This document shows, piece by piece, positions 1 through 11,137 of a stretch of 64,000 nt of DNA (positions are counted from its first letter, which is position 1; each line of letters opens with the position of its first letter). The DNA is taken from the NCBI GenBank assembly GCA_905479295.1, contig CAJQLY010000006.1, positions 5,372-69,371 on the forward strand. The letters are read 5' to 3'. A program made the position numbers and the translations under genes. The DNA is from an uncultured Gammaproteobacteria bacterium (lineage in GTDB: Bacteria; Pseudomonadota; Gammaproteobacteria; UBA4575). The notes beneath the pieces were generated by a model that made no database searches, was not told the DNA's origin, and saw only the letters and a list, made by a program, of their open reading frames with translations.

Positions 1-747
1 GATGCCGATTTCATTTTCACGATGATTGGTATAGCCAATATCACCTAGCCGTAGTGAAGTAGCGTGCTCTGCAATGCGAGTGTGGTGATCAAACTGCGCT
101 AAGCTAGCGGCACCAGCATGGCTAAAACTCTCATCCACCACTGGTGAGGCACCAAACAAATAGGGAATCAGCCAGCCTATACGTTGAAGATTACGGATCT
201 GAATAAAGTATTGCTGATCTATAAAATCACGCAATTCAGATTGATCATCCTTCAATGCCTGCCAACGTGGCCAAAAGGCTTCATCAATAGATAAATTGAC
301 ATGGATGCCGGCAATCACCTGCATGGTTTTGCCATAGCGATAACCTAGACCACGACGATAGACCTCTTTCATTTGACCCAGATTACTGCTGCCATAATGC
401 GCGATGCGAATACTCTGCTCGCCTGCCAAGCGTGGCGGCATACTCCCTGGCCATAGCGACTCAACACCTATCCTTGGATAAACAAAGCGATGTATATCAT
501 CAAGAAACGCCAAGGCCTGCTCACTGTCTGCCAGGGGTGGTGTCACAAACTCCAATAGGGCTTCAGAGTAGTCAGTGGTAATAGAGGGATGGGTCAGGGC
601 CGCACCCAACTCAAGCGGGTGATCACTTTGCGCGATATTTGCCTGTGGATCAGTACGTAGGGATTCCTTCTCAAGGCCGATCTGGCCGATACGCAAATAG
701 CTTTGCGCGTTCCCCTTTACTAATAAAGAAAGCTGCTGTGAGATCAA
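1..747 (-). CDS. gshA: glutamate--cysteine ligase, N-terminal ~249 codons (rest lies beyond window start)
   Basis: I translated the reverse strand myself; the ORF is absent from the track because it runs off the window. The product reads LISQQLSLLVKGNAQSYLRIGQIGLEKESLR..ELGAALTHPSITTDYSEALLEFVTPP..IPYLFGASPVV..ATSLRLGDIGYTN. It is collinear with E. coli GshA motifs (RGLERETLR, LGSALTH, ITTDFAEALLEFITP, IPYLFGASPA, ATSLRLSDLGYTN). The only start after the upstream in-frame TAG is TTG at 747, and E. coli gshA is also TTG-initiated. Confidence 0.85.
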   Translation of the reverse strand, partial: MISQQLSLLVKGNAQSYLRIGQIGLEKESLRTDPQANIAQSDHPLELGAALTHPSITTDYSEALLEFVTPPLADSEQALAFLDDIHRFVYPRIGVESLWPGSMPPRLAGEQSIRIAHYGSSNLGQMKEVYRRGLGYRYGKTMQVIAGIHVNLSIDEAFWPRWQALKDDQSELRDFIDQQYFIQIRNLQRIGWLIPYLFGASPVVDESFSHAGAASLAQFDHHTRIAEHATSLRLGDIGYTNHRENEIGI

Positions 748-947
748 GAGTTTACTAGGCTATAAATTTGAATAACACATAGTATAAACTAATCAAGCCG
801 TTGAAAACGGCTTGTAAGTTTACAAATCTCTCATGCCATAATAATCAGCGAAAAAAGCATGTGCAAAGGTTGAGATTTTATAGACTCTCAAGCCATTACA
901 TTACTTCCATCTCTATTTTTTATAACATCTGTATTTAAATTATTAGT

Positions 948-971
948 GGGGCCAGACTTTACTCTGGCCCC
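948..971 (-). terminator. GC-rich hairpin terminator downstream of the 992..2134 gene
   Basis: A perfect 9-bp stem, GGGGCCAGA (948-956) / TCTGGCCCC (963-971), has a 6-nt loop. It lies 20 nt past the stop codon at 992 and is followed on the minus strand by A/U-rich sequence. Confidence 0.6.
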
Positions 972-991
972 TATCTAAACAAAGAACAGAC

Positions 992-2134
992 TTAGATTAC
1001 AACCGCAATATCCTCGTCAATCAACAACTGAACATTAGCATTAGCCGCATTAGTGTAGACATCATATGTCGCACCACCAACCGTATAAGCAGTACCTTTT
1101 ATCCACCCGGTAGCCTCGACTGTATTACCAGCTATGCCATCAATCTTTATCTGATGACGTGCAGGATCAGCGACAAGACCTGACCAACCATTACCATCGT
1201 TATATAGATCTGTACCTGCCGCCATTACATCATCAAGATGTATGATCACTTTATTACCAGTACCAGTGTTCGCTGTACCATCCAAATCAATGGCATCAAT
1301 CTGATTCTGATCAGCCCCGCTGACCATAGTTAAATCGATGGTTGTATTATCGCCCTCAACGGTCAAAAGGTTATTAGTGTCAATAAGACTATTTAACGTA
1401 TCAGCACTGTTAACAGTTATATCAATCTCAGCAGATTCTGGCCCCTTCTTACCAGTGGTACTGTCTTCGACCCTAGCCTTAATCTTATTACTGCCTGCCG
1501 ACAAGTCATTCCCGATCGACGGACCCATAGATATATTCAAGCTTGCATTTACTTCATGTAAGGAGAAGTCCACAAGCAGATCAGTAGTCGGTGCTGCTTT
1601 TGTTGAGGTATAAAATGTCGTACCATTTTTCTTATAGTGAATCGTTGTACCTACACGTTCGATGCTAAACACATCACCGATGACATAGTTACCAAAACCC
1701 TGGGTAATAGTCTTACCGGGACCGATTTCGAAATAAAACGTACCATTCTCTACAACCTTAACTACGCCATCAGCACCGAAGAAGAGCGCATAATCTATCT
1801 TATCGTGCGCCTGATCGGTGTCGACTGCACTCAGACCTACTACACGATGCAGATCAGTTTGAGTTATCTTAGTATGAATAGCTGTATCACCTGAAAATTT
1901 CTGGTTGGCGACCTGACCTGTATCCCAAGCACTAGCACCACTCGTCTTAGTCACAACCCTACCTACGATTTTGAGTCTATCCGCAGAATCAAAAGTCAGC
2001 TCTTTATTGAAGACCCACTTGAGGCCAGTGCCATCTACCTGGGCCTCACCAAATGCGCACCCGAATATCCGATTGTCACTGGATACTATTAAGTATAACG
2101 TGAAGCGGAATGCCTCTATAAAAGGATAAACCAC
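992..2134 (-). CDS. putative type I secretion substrate: lectin/LamG-like beta-sandwich core, Ig-like segment and T1SS C-terminal target domain (VC_A0849-like subclass)
   Basis: This is a 380-aa ORF with a GTG start 18 nt after the ampD stop. The C-terminal ~125 aa (IDAIDLDG..NKVIIHLDDV..HQIKIDGIAGNTVEATGW..YTVGGATYDVYTN..NVQLLIDEDIAVVI) fit the pattern of the T1SS C-terminal target domain found on large adhesins. The middle is T/G/D/N-rich with no Cys, typical of secreted beta-rich proteins. No N-terminal signal peptide is present. Confidence 0.6.
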   Translation of the reverse strand: MVYPFIEAFRFTLYLIVSSDNRIFGCAFGEAQVDGTGLKWVFNKELTFDSADRLKIVGRVVTKTSGASAWDTGQVANQKFSGDTAIHTKITQTDLHRVVGLSAVDTDQAHDKIDYALFFGADGVVKVVENGTFYFEIGPGKTITQGFGNYVIGDVFSIERVGTTIHYKKNGTTFYTSTKAAPTTDLLVDFSLHEVNASLNISMGPSIGNDLSAGSNKIKARVEDSTTGKKGPESAEIDITVNSADTLNSLIDTNNLLTVEGDNTTIDLTMVSGADQNQIDAIDLDGTANTGTGNKVIIHLDDVMAAGTDLYNDGNGWSGLVADPARHQIKIDGIAGNTVEATGWIKGTAYTVGGATYDVYTNAANANVQLLIDEDIAVVI

Positions 2135-2152
2135 TCTATTTCTTGTTTTAGC

Positions 2153-2689
2153 TTATCGAATGCGCGCCCAGTCAAAACCAACACCAGGATCAGTTTTACG
2201 ACCTGGTGCAATATCGCTATGCCCAACTACTGCTTTCGACACTAGGGTGTTGTAAGTTTGTTGTAAGCAATCAATCAGCGGCTTAAGAATTTTATATTGC
2301 TGCTCACTATAAGTATCATTATCAGTACCCTCTAGCTCGATACCAATTGAAAAATCATTACAGGCCTCTCGACCTTGATAGCAGGATTGGCCGGCATGCC
2401 ATGCGCGTTGATTTAGAGGAACAAACTGGGTCAGGCTTCCATCACGCTCTATAAAGAGATGACTGGATACCTTGAGATTAGCTATTTCTGCAAAGTAAGG
2501 GTGTGCTGTTTCATCTAATGCATTATTAAAGAATTGCTGCACATAGCCTCCACCATATTTACCAGGAGGCAGGCTAATACCATGTATTACCACTAGCTCA
2601 GGAACAACACCTTGCGGCCTAGCATCACAGTTAGGTGATGGCTTATAGATGGCTTCAGTGATGAGATGACTATTTAAATCAATATGCAT
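2153..2689 (-). CDS. ampD: 1,6-anhydro-N-acetylmuramyl-L-alanine amidase
   Basis: The 178-aa product is of amidase_2 type (VVIHGISLPPG, RAWHAG, NDFSIGIELEG, VVGHSDIAPGRKTDPG), matching AmpD in length and motifs. Confidence 0.9.
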   Translation of the reverse strand: MHIDLNSHLITEAIYKPSPNCDARPQGVVPELVVIHGISLPPGKYGGGYVQQFFNNALDETAHPYFAEIANLKVSSHLFIERDGSLTQFVPLNQRAWHAGQSCYQGREACNDFSIGIELEGTDNDTYSEQQYKILKPLIDCLQQTYNTLVSKAVVGHSDIAPGRKTDPGVGFDWARIR

Positions 2690-2770
2690 TTAAGACGTAT
2701 GTGTTCTATTACTTTACTCAGAACATCCATAGTAGCCTAGCTTGCTTTATGTTCGCTAGTTTTAGTAGGC

Positions 2771-2800
2771 AAAAAAAAGCCCCGCATAGCGGGGCTTTTA
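2771..2800 (-). terminator. rho-independent terminator of groESL (bidirectional architecture)
   Basis: A run of A8 precedes the stem GCCCCGC (2779-2785), loop ATA and stem GCGGGGC (2789-2795), followed by TTTT. On the minus strand the hairpin is followed by U8, 25 nt after the groEL stop. Confidence 0.9.
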
Positions 2801-2819
2801 AAACGCCGTTTAGGCTGGC

Positions 2820-4487
<1,668 letters not shown>

Positions 4488-4521
4488 TTAAATTTTTATG
4501 TGTTATGGGTTCAAAGGCTGT

Positions 4522-4812
4522 CTAGCCTTCGATTACCGCCATGATGTCGTCTTCGCGCATCACTAGTAGCTCGTCACCGTCTACTTTTACTTCTGTACCA
4601 GAGTATTTACCGAATAAAACGGTATCACCGACTTTCACATCTAGCGCATGCACGTCACCGCTATCTGTGATTTTGCCATTACCAGCAGCAACAATTTCAC
4701 CCTTACTTGGCTTTTCAGTCGCTGAATCAGGGATAACAATACCACCCGGACTCGTGCGCTCTTCTTCCATTCGCTTGACCACAACACGGTCATGTAGAGG
4801 ACGTAACTTCAT
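4522..4812 (-). CDS. groES: co-chaperonin GroES (Cpn10)
   Basis: The 96-aa product reads [34 protein letters not shown] and sits directly upstream of groEL. Confidence 0.98.
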   Translation of the reverse strand: MKLRPLHDRVVVKRMEEERTSPGGIVIPDSATEKPSKGEIVAAGNGKITDSGDVHALDVKVGDTVLFGKYSGTEVKVDGDELLVMREDDIMAVIEG

Positions 4813-4873
4813 AGCGTGTATCTCCCAATATATCGATTTAAAATCTAGAATTATTAATAGGTTAAGTAACTTT

Positions 4874-4900
4874 CTAGCACTCCCCTAAGAAGAGTGCCAA
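4874..4900 (-). promoter_or_regulatory. CIRCE inverted repeat (HrcA operator) in front of groESL
   Basis: The minus strand reads TTGGCACTC-N9-GAGTGCTAG against the consensus TTAGCACTC-N9-GAGTGCTAA, with two symmetric mismatches. It lies 62 nt upstream of the groES ATG and abuts the putative -10 box. Confidence 0.85.
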
Positions 4901-4927
4901 TGATACGGAGTCAACCTTCTATGTCAA
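4900..4927 (-). promoter_or_regulatory. putative groESL promoter
   Basis: The minus strand reads TTGACA (4927-4922), 16 nt, TATCAT (4905-4900). The same stretch (GTTGACA-N13-CCGTATCA) also weakly resembles a sigma-32 promoter (CTTGAAA-N13/14-CCCCATNT), so sigma-factor assignment is open. Confidence 0.5.
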
Positions 4928-4940
4928 CAACTGCAGCAGC

Positions 4941-5426
4941 TTAAAGATGGGAATCCTTGTCCTCATCTTTCACTCGAAATTCACCCTCTAAAACGTCATT
5001 ATCACGCTTAGACTGCTCATTTTTAGTCGCATATCCAGCACCCGGATTGACCTGAAATGAGCCGTTTTGCATGCAATAGCGTAATAAAGCCTGAATCAAG
5101 CTTTTACGTGTGGCCGGTATCAAACACAAAAAGCCTATACTATCGGTCATAAATCCAGGGGTTAGCAGTAATGCTCCACCCAATAAAAGGGCTGCGCCCT
5201 CAAATAAGGTATCGGCAGGTAACTGCCCCTGTGCTGCCTGCTGTTGTAACCGCGCCATGGTCTGTAAACCTTGCGCTCGTAGCAGAGAAACTCCAATCAT
5301 GGCTGTTAGGATAACGAGAACTACCGTTAACAAACCGCCCACCGCAGCACCCACGACTGTGAACAAATAGATTTCAATCAGCGGAACTACAATGAATAAT
5401 GCAGTTACTACCGGAAACTTAGTCAT
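4941..5426 (-). CDS. fxsA: FxsA family inner-membrane protein
   Basis: The 161-aa product has the N-terminal PLIEIYLF..VG motif, TM helices, TA.IG..LLR.QG and LLLTPGF.TD..GF. Its position next to groESL matches E. coli. Confidence 0.8.
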   Translation of the reverse strand: MTKFPVVTALFIVVPLIEIYLFTVVGAAVGGLLTVVLVILTAMIGVSLLRAQGLQTMARLQQQAAQGQLPADTLFEGAALLLGGALLLTPGFMTDSIGFLCLIPATRKSLIQALLRYCMQNGSFQVNPGAGYATKNEQSKRDNDVLEGEFRVKDEDKDSHL

Positions 5427-5452
5427 CTCGAATCACCAACAAACCGTAATGC

Positions 5453-5854
5453 TTGATTCCTAATATGGGGACGACTTTTTGGAATACAAGAGTGGAAACT
5501 AAACAGATACAAAATAACGCTGAAGATCCGTTGGTTCTAGTTATGACCAGCCTCAGTGATAAAAAACAGGCAAAGGTGCTAGCGCAGTCCTTACTTGAAT
5601 CGCGTTTAGTCGCTTGTTGCAACATTTTACCAGCGATCTGGTCTACCTACCGTTGGCAGGATGAGATCTGTGAGGAAAATGAATGTTTGTTGCTTATGAA
5701 GACACTGCGTTCACAGTATTCATCGTTAGAAGTATTTATTCAAACGCGGCACCCTTATGATGTGCCAGAGCTAATTTGCATCGAAACCGATGCCGTCATG
5801 CAAGAGTATTATTTGTGGTTAAAACAACAAGTCAGTCCAAATTCGCCCTGCTAG
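5453..5854 (+). CDS. cutA: divalent-cation tolerance protein CutA
   Basis: The CutA1 fold motifs are present (LVACCNILP, S.Y.W...I.E..E..L..KT, HPYDVPE) and the gene is followed by dsbD as in E. coli cutA-dipZ. The true start may be a few codons downstream, for example ATG 5465. Confidence 0.85.
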   Translation: MIPNMGTTFWNTRVETKQIQNNAEDPLVLVMTSLSDKKQAKVLAQSLLESRLVACCNILPAIWSTYRWQDEICEENECLLLMKTLRSQYSSLEVFIQTRHPYDVPELICIETDAVMQEYYLWLKQQVSPNSPC

Positions 5855-7683
5855 CCTCACCGGTTGCTTTATTATTAGCTAGCGTCCTACTGTTTATAAA
5901 TTCAGCCTCTGCGATTCAAATGCTAGGTGGCGAGAACGAATTCCTGCCAGTAGATAAAGCCTTTCAAGTCGACGCCTATTTGCAAAGGGACAATCAAATT
6001 CAAATTGATTGGCAGATCGCCGAGGGGTATTACCTCTATAGAAAGCAGCTATCGATTAGCACAGAGCAAGCTAATGTCACCTTCAGCCCACTGACTCTGC
6101 CTACAAGTAAGACCAAGACTGATGACTATTTTGGTGAGGTGCAGATTTACGAGACTGGCTTAAGCGCATTTAGCCGTGTGAAAAGTGCGAGCCATAGCTT
6201 TGATCTGATCGTAAGTTATCAAGGCTGCGCCCATGCCGGACTCTGTTACCCACCCGTCACCAAGATATTTAATCTGAGCCTTAGTGACAGCGCCCTAAAT
6301 AGCGCACTGTCTGCAGCTAATGATGACTCAGTACCGAGTAAGACAGAGCCTGCCACTCTAGAACAATCAGAACAGGGCTCTATTGCTAATCAACTAAAAC
6401 AAAAAAGCCTAGGCTGGACAGTCACTTGGTTTTTCCTAGCTGGCCTACTCTTGGCGCTAACCCCCTGCGTCTTCCCAATGATTCCGATTCTCTCCAGTAT
6501 CATTGCCGGTCAAGGTGAAAAACTGAGCGCTAGTCGTGGCTTTAGCCTGTCTTTGGTCTACGTCTTGGCAATGGCTTTAACCTACACTATCGCCGGCGTT
6601 TTAGTCGGGATGACCGGTGCCAACATACAGGCCTGGTTTCAAGATATCTGGATTATTAGTGCCTTCGCTCTGGTCTTTGTGGTCCTTTCCTTATCGATGT
6701 TTGGACTCTATGAATTACAGATGCCCTCGGCCCTGCAATCACGCATCAATGCCTTAAGTGGTAAACAACAGTCGGGCAGTTTTGTCGGCACCGCGATCAT
6801 GGGCTTTTTATCGGCCTTGATTGTTGGCCCCTGCGTGACTGCACCATTAATTGGCGCCCTACTCTATATAGCTGAGAGCGGCGACCCTTGGGTCGGGGGC
6901 CTCGCCCTATTCTCACTCAGCATTGGTATGGGCTTGCCGTTATTGCTGATCGGCACCTCAGCAGGTAAGTATTTACCGCGAGCAGGCGGTTGGATGGAGC
7001 CGATTAAAGCAGTCTTTGGGGTAATGCTGCTAGCACTAGCCATCTGGTTTGTTGATCGCGTCTATCCTCGCGTTGTGATACTCGCCCTCTCTGGTGGTTT
7101 ACTCATTGGCTGCGCCATATTTCTGGATGTCTTTTATCGCAGTAACGAGCGCACGAGTAGGTTCCTACGATTACGCCAAACCTTAGGTTGGATACTCCTT
7201 ACATATGGCAGTGCCTTATTACTCGGTGCCAGCGCCGGCAATCAGAACCTGCTACAACCTTTGGCGGGCCTCAGCAGTGGCTCTGCAACTAGCTCTGTAA
7301 CAGACAGCAAACAACTGAGTTTTAAGTACGTCAAAGGCATGCAAGGATTAGAGCAAGAGCTGGCTTTAGCGGCAGCGGCAAACAGGCCGGTAATGCTGGA
7401 TATGTATGCCGACTGGTGTATCGCCTGCAAGGAATTAGAGGCTTTTACCTTTAATCACGCCGAAGTGCACACGGCACTGCGTGATTTTGTCATTCTGAAG
7501 GCGGATGTAACCGCAAATGACGAGGTCGATAACGCCATGTTAAAAGAATTATCCCTTTTTGGCCCCCCAGGCCTATTGTTTTTTGACACCACTGGCAAGG
7601 AATTACGCCCCTATCGCATCGTTGGTTTTATCGATAAGGCTGATTTCCTAAGCCATCTAGAACGCTTAAAAGCACAGTTTTAA
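5776..7683 (+). CDS. dsbD: thiol:disulfide interchange protein DsbD (DipZ)
   Basis: The product has a signal peptide (KFALLASPVALLLASVLLFINSASA), a periplasmic N-domain and a TM core with CVFPMIP and GPCVTAP. A C-terminal thioredoxin domain carries WCIACK. Track start 5776 is TTG; an in-frame GTG at 5815 is an equally plausible start. Either choice overlaps the cutA 3' end. Confidence 0.9.
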   Translation: MHRNRCRHARVLFVVKTTSQSKFALLASPVALLLASVLLFINSASAIQMLGGENEFLPVDKAFQVDAYLQRDNQIQIDWQIAEGYYLYRKQLSISTEQANVTFSPLTLPTSKTKTDDYFGEVQIYETGLSAFSRVKSASHSFDLIVSYQGCAHAGLCYPPVTKIFNLSLSDSALNSALSAANDDSVPSKTEPATLEQSEQGSIANQLKQKSLGWTVTWFFLAGLLLALTPCVFPMIPILSSIIAGQGEKLSASRGFSLSLVYVLAMALTYTIAGVLVGMTGANIQAWFQDIWIISAFALVFVVLSLSMFGLYELQMPSALQSRINALSGKQQSGSFVGTAIMGFLSALIVGPCVTAPLIGALLYIAESGDPWVGGLALFSLSIGMGLPLLLIGTSAGKYLPRAGGWMEPIKAVFGVMLLALAIWFVDRVYPRVVILALSGGLLIGCAIFLDVFYRSNERTSRFLRLRQTLGWILLTYGSALLLGASAGNQNLLQPLAGLSSGSATSSVTDSKQLSFKYVKGMQGLEQELALAAAANRPVMLDMYADWCIACKELEAFTFNHAEVHTALRDFVILKADVTANDEVDNAMLKELSLFGPPGLLFFDTTGKELRPYRIVGFIDKADFLSHLERLKAQF

Positions 7684-7883
7684 GCCATTTCTACCACGGC
7701 CAACAGCATCAACGCTGGTTAAATCATCAAAATTCGTGGAAATTCGGCTAATACTCAGATAATTTCCGCTATCTTGCTAACAACTAGACAGTTGTGCTGT
7801 TTTACGGCAGAATTGCCACAATCTAGCAGCAACACTGCTTTACCGTTTATTTAACGACCAATCGAGGGTAATTCACCGAAGTT

Positions 7884-8324
7884 ATGAGTAAAATCCGCTT
7901 ACTGAATGGTCCGAACTTGAATTTATTAGGTAGCCGCGAGCCTGAAGTCTATGGCTACACCACATTAGATGACATAGTCGCCGACGCGACCAGCTATGCC
8001 AGCAGCCTGGGTCATGAGCTCTCTCATCTACAAAGTAATGCTGAACATGCCTTGATTGATGGCATCCATGCCGCAAAAACAGACGGTGTGGAATTCATTG
8101 TGATTAATCCTGGGGCGTTCACTCATAGCAGTATCGCCCTGCGTGATGCCTTTTTAGGTGTCTCAATCCCATTTATTGAAATACACCTCTCGAACGTCTT
8201 TGCACGCGAAGAGTTCCGCGCACATTCGTACTTATCCGATGTCGCGGTCGGTTTAATTTCAGGCTTGGGTGCTAACGGTTACCGTCTAGCAATCAACGCC
8301 GCAGACCAACAACTTAAATCTTAA
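7884..8324 (+). CDS. aroQ: type II 3-dehydroquinate dehydratase
   Basis: The 146-aa product reads [27 protein letters not shown] and [15 protein letters not shown]. It lies upstream of accBC as in many gammaproteobacteria. Confidence 0.95.
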   Translation: MSKIRLLNGPNLNLLGSREPEVYGYTTLDDIVADATSYASSLGHELSHLQSNAEHALIDGIHAAKTDGVEFIVINPGAFTHSSIALRDAFLGVSIPFIEIHLSNVFAREEFRAHSYLSDVAVGLISGLGANGYRLAINAADQQLKS

Positions 8325-8340
8325 AAATAGAGCGCTAATT

Positions 8341-8796
8341 ATGGACATACGCAAAGTTAAAAAACTCATTGAGCTACTGGAAGAATCAGGTATCTCAGAG
8401 ATTGAAATTAAAGAAGGCGAGGAGTCAGTCCGCATCAGTCGTAATGGGCCGAGCATGACTATGCCACAAATGCAGTATGCGCCAGCGATGGCTCCACCTA
8501 TGGCAGCAGCAGCTGCACCAGTAGCAGCGGCAGAAACAGAAACTGCGGCAGCTGAAGTCAGTGGTCATGTTGTAACTTCACCTATGGTCGGTACATTTTA
8601 TGAAGCACCATCACCGGGCTCAGCTCCCTTTGTAGAAGTTGGCAAGAGTGTTAAAGAAGGTGACACACTTTGCATTATTGAAGCTATGAAGATGCTCAAT
8701 CAAATTGAAGCCGACAAGTCTGGTGTAATCAAACAAATGGTGGCTGAAAATGGCCAACCCGTTGAGTTTGGTCAGCCACTGTTCATCATCGAATAA
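8341..8796 (+). CDS. accB: acetyl-CoA carboxylase biotin carboxyl carrier protein
   Basis: The product has an Ala/Pro-rich linker and the biotinylation motif [14 protein letters not shown]. Confidence 0.97.
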   Translation: MDIRKVKKLIELLEESGISEIEIKEGEESVRISRNGPSMTMPQMQYAPAMAPPMAAAAAPVAAAETETAAAEVSGHVVTSPMVGTFYEAPSPGSAPFVEVGKSVKEGDTLCIIEAMKMLNQIEADKSGVIKQMVAENGQPVEFGQPLFIIE

Positions 8797-8816
8797 AACT
8801 ACCTTATCGAGTACGC

Positions 8817-10163
8817 ATGTTAGAAAAAGTTGTTATTGCCAACCGTGGCGAGATTGCACTGCGCATCTTGCGCGCTTGTCGTGAGTTAGGCATCAAAACC
8901 GTTGCAGTACACTCTGATGTGGACCGCGATTTAAAGCACGTCAAATTAGCCGATGAGTCTGTCTGCATAGGCCCAGCACCATCGACTGATAGCTATTTAA
9001 ATATCCCAGCTATTATTAGCGCGGCAGAGCTCACTGATGCTACTGCGATTCATCCTGGCTATGGTTTTCTTTCTGAAAACGAAGCCTTTGCTGAGCGTTG
9101 TGAAACTAGTGGCTTTATTTTTATTGGCCCTCGTGCAGAAACTATTCGCCAGATGGGCGATAAGATTGCAGCGAAAAAAGCAATGCAAGAGGCTGGAGTC
9201 CCCTGTGTCCCAGGCAGTCCTGAGCCACTCGGTGAAAACCTTTCCAGTAATGCCGCATTAGCCGAATCGATTGGCTACCCAATCATCGTTAAGGCCGCTG
9301 GGGGCGGTGGCGGTCGTGGTATGCGTGTGGTGCATACTCAAGATGAGTTGGCCGATGCCATTACACTAACGCGCACAGAAGCCAAAGCAGCCTTTAATAA
9401 TGGTACGCTTTATATGGAGAAGTTTTTAGGCGCTCCACGTCATATTGAAATTCAAGTATTGGCTGATACTCATGGCAATGCGGTCTATTTAGGTGAACGT
9501 GATTGCTCTATGCAACGTCGCCATCAAAAAGTGATTGAAGAGGCTCCAGCGCCTGGGCTGAGCCAAGAGCTACGCGATATGATCGGTAAACAATGTGCCG
9601 ATGCTTGTAAATTAATTGGCTATCGTGGCGCTGGCACCTTTGAATTTTTGTATGAGAATGGTGAGTTTTATTTCATTGAAATGAATACCCGTGTTCAGGT
9701 GGAACACCCTGTCACTGAATTCATTACTGGTATCGATATTGTTAAGCAGCAGTTGTTGATTGCAGCAGGTGAAGAAATGACACTGCGCCAAGAGGACATC
9801 CAGCTGAATGGTCACTCTATCGAGTGTCGCTTAAATGCAGAGGATCCTGATAACTTCATCCCAAGTCCAGGTACGATAACTCACTTCCACTCTGCTGGCG
9901 GCCCAGGTATACGTGTGGACTCACATATTTATAGTGGTTATCGCGTGCCACCTAATTACGATTCAATGATCGGCAAGTTAATCACGCATGGTGATACTCG
10001 TGAGATTGCGGTTCAACGTATGTTAGGCGCTTTACAAGAAATGGTCATCGATGGCATTAAGACCAATATCCCGTTACAAGCAAGGTTGATGGCTGACTCA
10101 GGCTTTGCCAAGGGTGGCTTTGATATCCATTATCTAGAACGCCTGCTTGCAGAAAAAGACTAG
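8817..10163 (+). CDS. accC: acetyl-CoA carboxylase biotin carboxylase subunit
   Basis: The 448-aa product begins [26 protein letters not shown] and contains GGGGRGMR and [14 protein letters not shown]. Confidence 0.98.
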   Translation: MLEKVVIANRGEIALRILRACRELGIKTVAVHSDVDRDLKHVKLADESVCIGPAPSTDSYLNIPAIISAAELTDATAIHPGYGFLSENEAFAERCETSGFIFIGPRAETIRQMGDKIAAKKAMQEAGVPCVPGSPEPLGENLSSNAALAESIGYPIIVKAAGGGGGRGMRVVHTQDELADAITLTRTEAKAAFNNGTLYMEKFLGAPRHIEIQVLADTHGNAVYLGERDCSMQRRHQKVIEEAPAPGLSQELRDMIGKQCADACKLIGYRGAGTFEFLYENGEFYFIEMNTRVQVEHPVTEFITGIDIVKQQLLIAAGEEMTLRQEDIQLNGHSIECRLNAEDPDNFIPSPGTITHFHSAGGPGIRVDSHIYSGYRVPPNYDSMIGKLITHGDTREIAVQRMLGALQEMVIDGIKTNIPLQARLMADSGFAKGGFDIHYLERLLAEKD

Positions 10164-10172
10164 AGTCTAGTC

Positions 10173-11042
10173 TTGCAACAATTACGCGTTCAACTCGACG
10201 CTTCCATCTTAGATGAGGTGGAAGCCTTACTCCTCTCTTGTGGAGCACTCAGTCTTTGCCTAGAAGAAGACGGAGTATCTAACCCAATATTTGAGCCACC
10301 CATCGGCGATCATCCACTCTGGTCAAAGCTTTATATCAGCGCCTTATTCGAGCATCTCATAGCCGCTGAGCTAACCATTAAAGCGCTGGCACACCATACT
10401 CAGGTTGGCACACAGGTACTATTAGAGACCATTGATGAAACCGATTGGCAGGCAAAGTTCCAACAACAATTCAATGCCAAGCGCTACGGCAAGCTATGGG
10501 TTTATCCGTCCTGGCAGGAAACCCCTGAACCAGAAGGCATTAGTCTTAAGCTTGATCCTGGACTCGCTTTTGGTACCGGCAAACACCCAACCACTGATCT
10601 TTGCTTAGACTGGTTAGGTGAGCAAAATTTAACTCAAATGAGCCTCTTAGACTTCGGTTGTGGTAGTGGCATATTGGCCCTAGCTGCAGCTAAACTGGGT
10701 GCACAACCAGTAGTCGCTATCGATATCGATCCGCAGGCATTAAGAGCGACCGAACAAAATCGTGACGCTAACGATATCAGCCCAGATCAGCTCTATGTCA
10801 CTACTGCAAAGGATATTGAAGACCGACGTTTTTCAGTCGTTATTGCTAACATTCTTGCTGGCCCCCTATTAGAACTGCGTGATCAATTTGTAGCACTGCT
10901 GTTACCAAAGGGTGAGCTCATCCTTTCTGGTATTTTAAGCAGTCAAGTTGACGATATAAAAGCGGCTTACAGTGGGCATTTCGATCTAGTTTCAGTGGAA
11001 GTACGAGAAGACTGGGCGCGTATCGCTTATAAACTGTCGTAA
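10173..11042 (+). CDS. prmA: ribosomal protein L11 methyltransferase
   Basis: The 289-aa product (non-ATG start in the track) contains DPGLAFGTG.HPTT.LCL.WL and the SAM motif LDFGCGSGILA. It follows accC as in E. coli. Confidence 0.9.
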   Translation: MQQLRVQLDASILDEVEALLLSCGALSLCLEEDGVSNPIFEPPIGDHPLWSKLYISALFEHLIAAELTIKALAHHTQVGTQVLLETIDETDWQAKFQQQFNAKRYGKLWVYPSWQETPEPEGISLKLDPGLAFGTGKHPTTDLCLDWLGEQNLTQMSLLDFGCGSGILALAAAKLGAQPVVAIDIDPQALRATEQNRDANDISPDQLYVTTAKDIEDRRFSVVIANILAGPLLELRDQFVALLLPKGELILSGILSSQVDDIKAAYSGHFDLVSVEVREDWARIAYKLS

Positions 11043-11137
11043 TCAATTGGCCTTACAAAAAGCATTTGGCGTCTCACTTTTATCCTCGTTAAACTGACCT
11101 TTATGCATGCCATTCACCCTAGCACCCAAAACCGCGT

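Noticed and set aside
5419-5625. 68-aa minus-strand ORF overlapping the fxsA start and cutA
   Set aside because: It overlaps two well-supported genes, has no motifs and is probably spurious.
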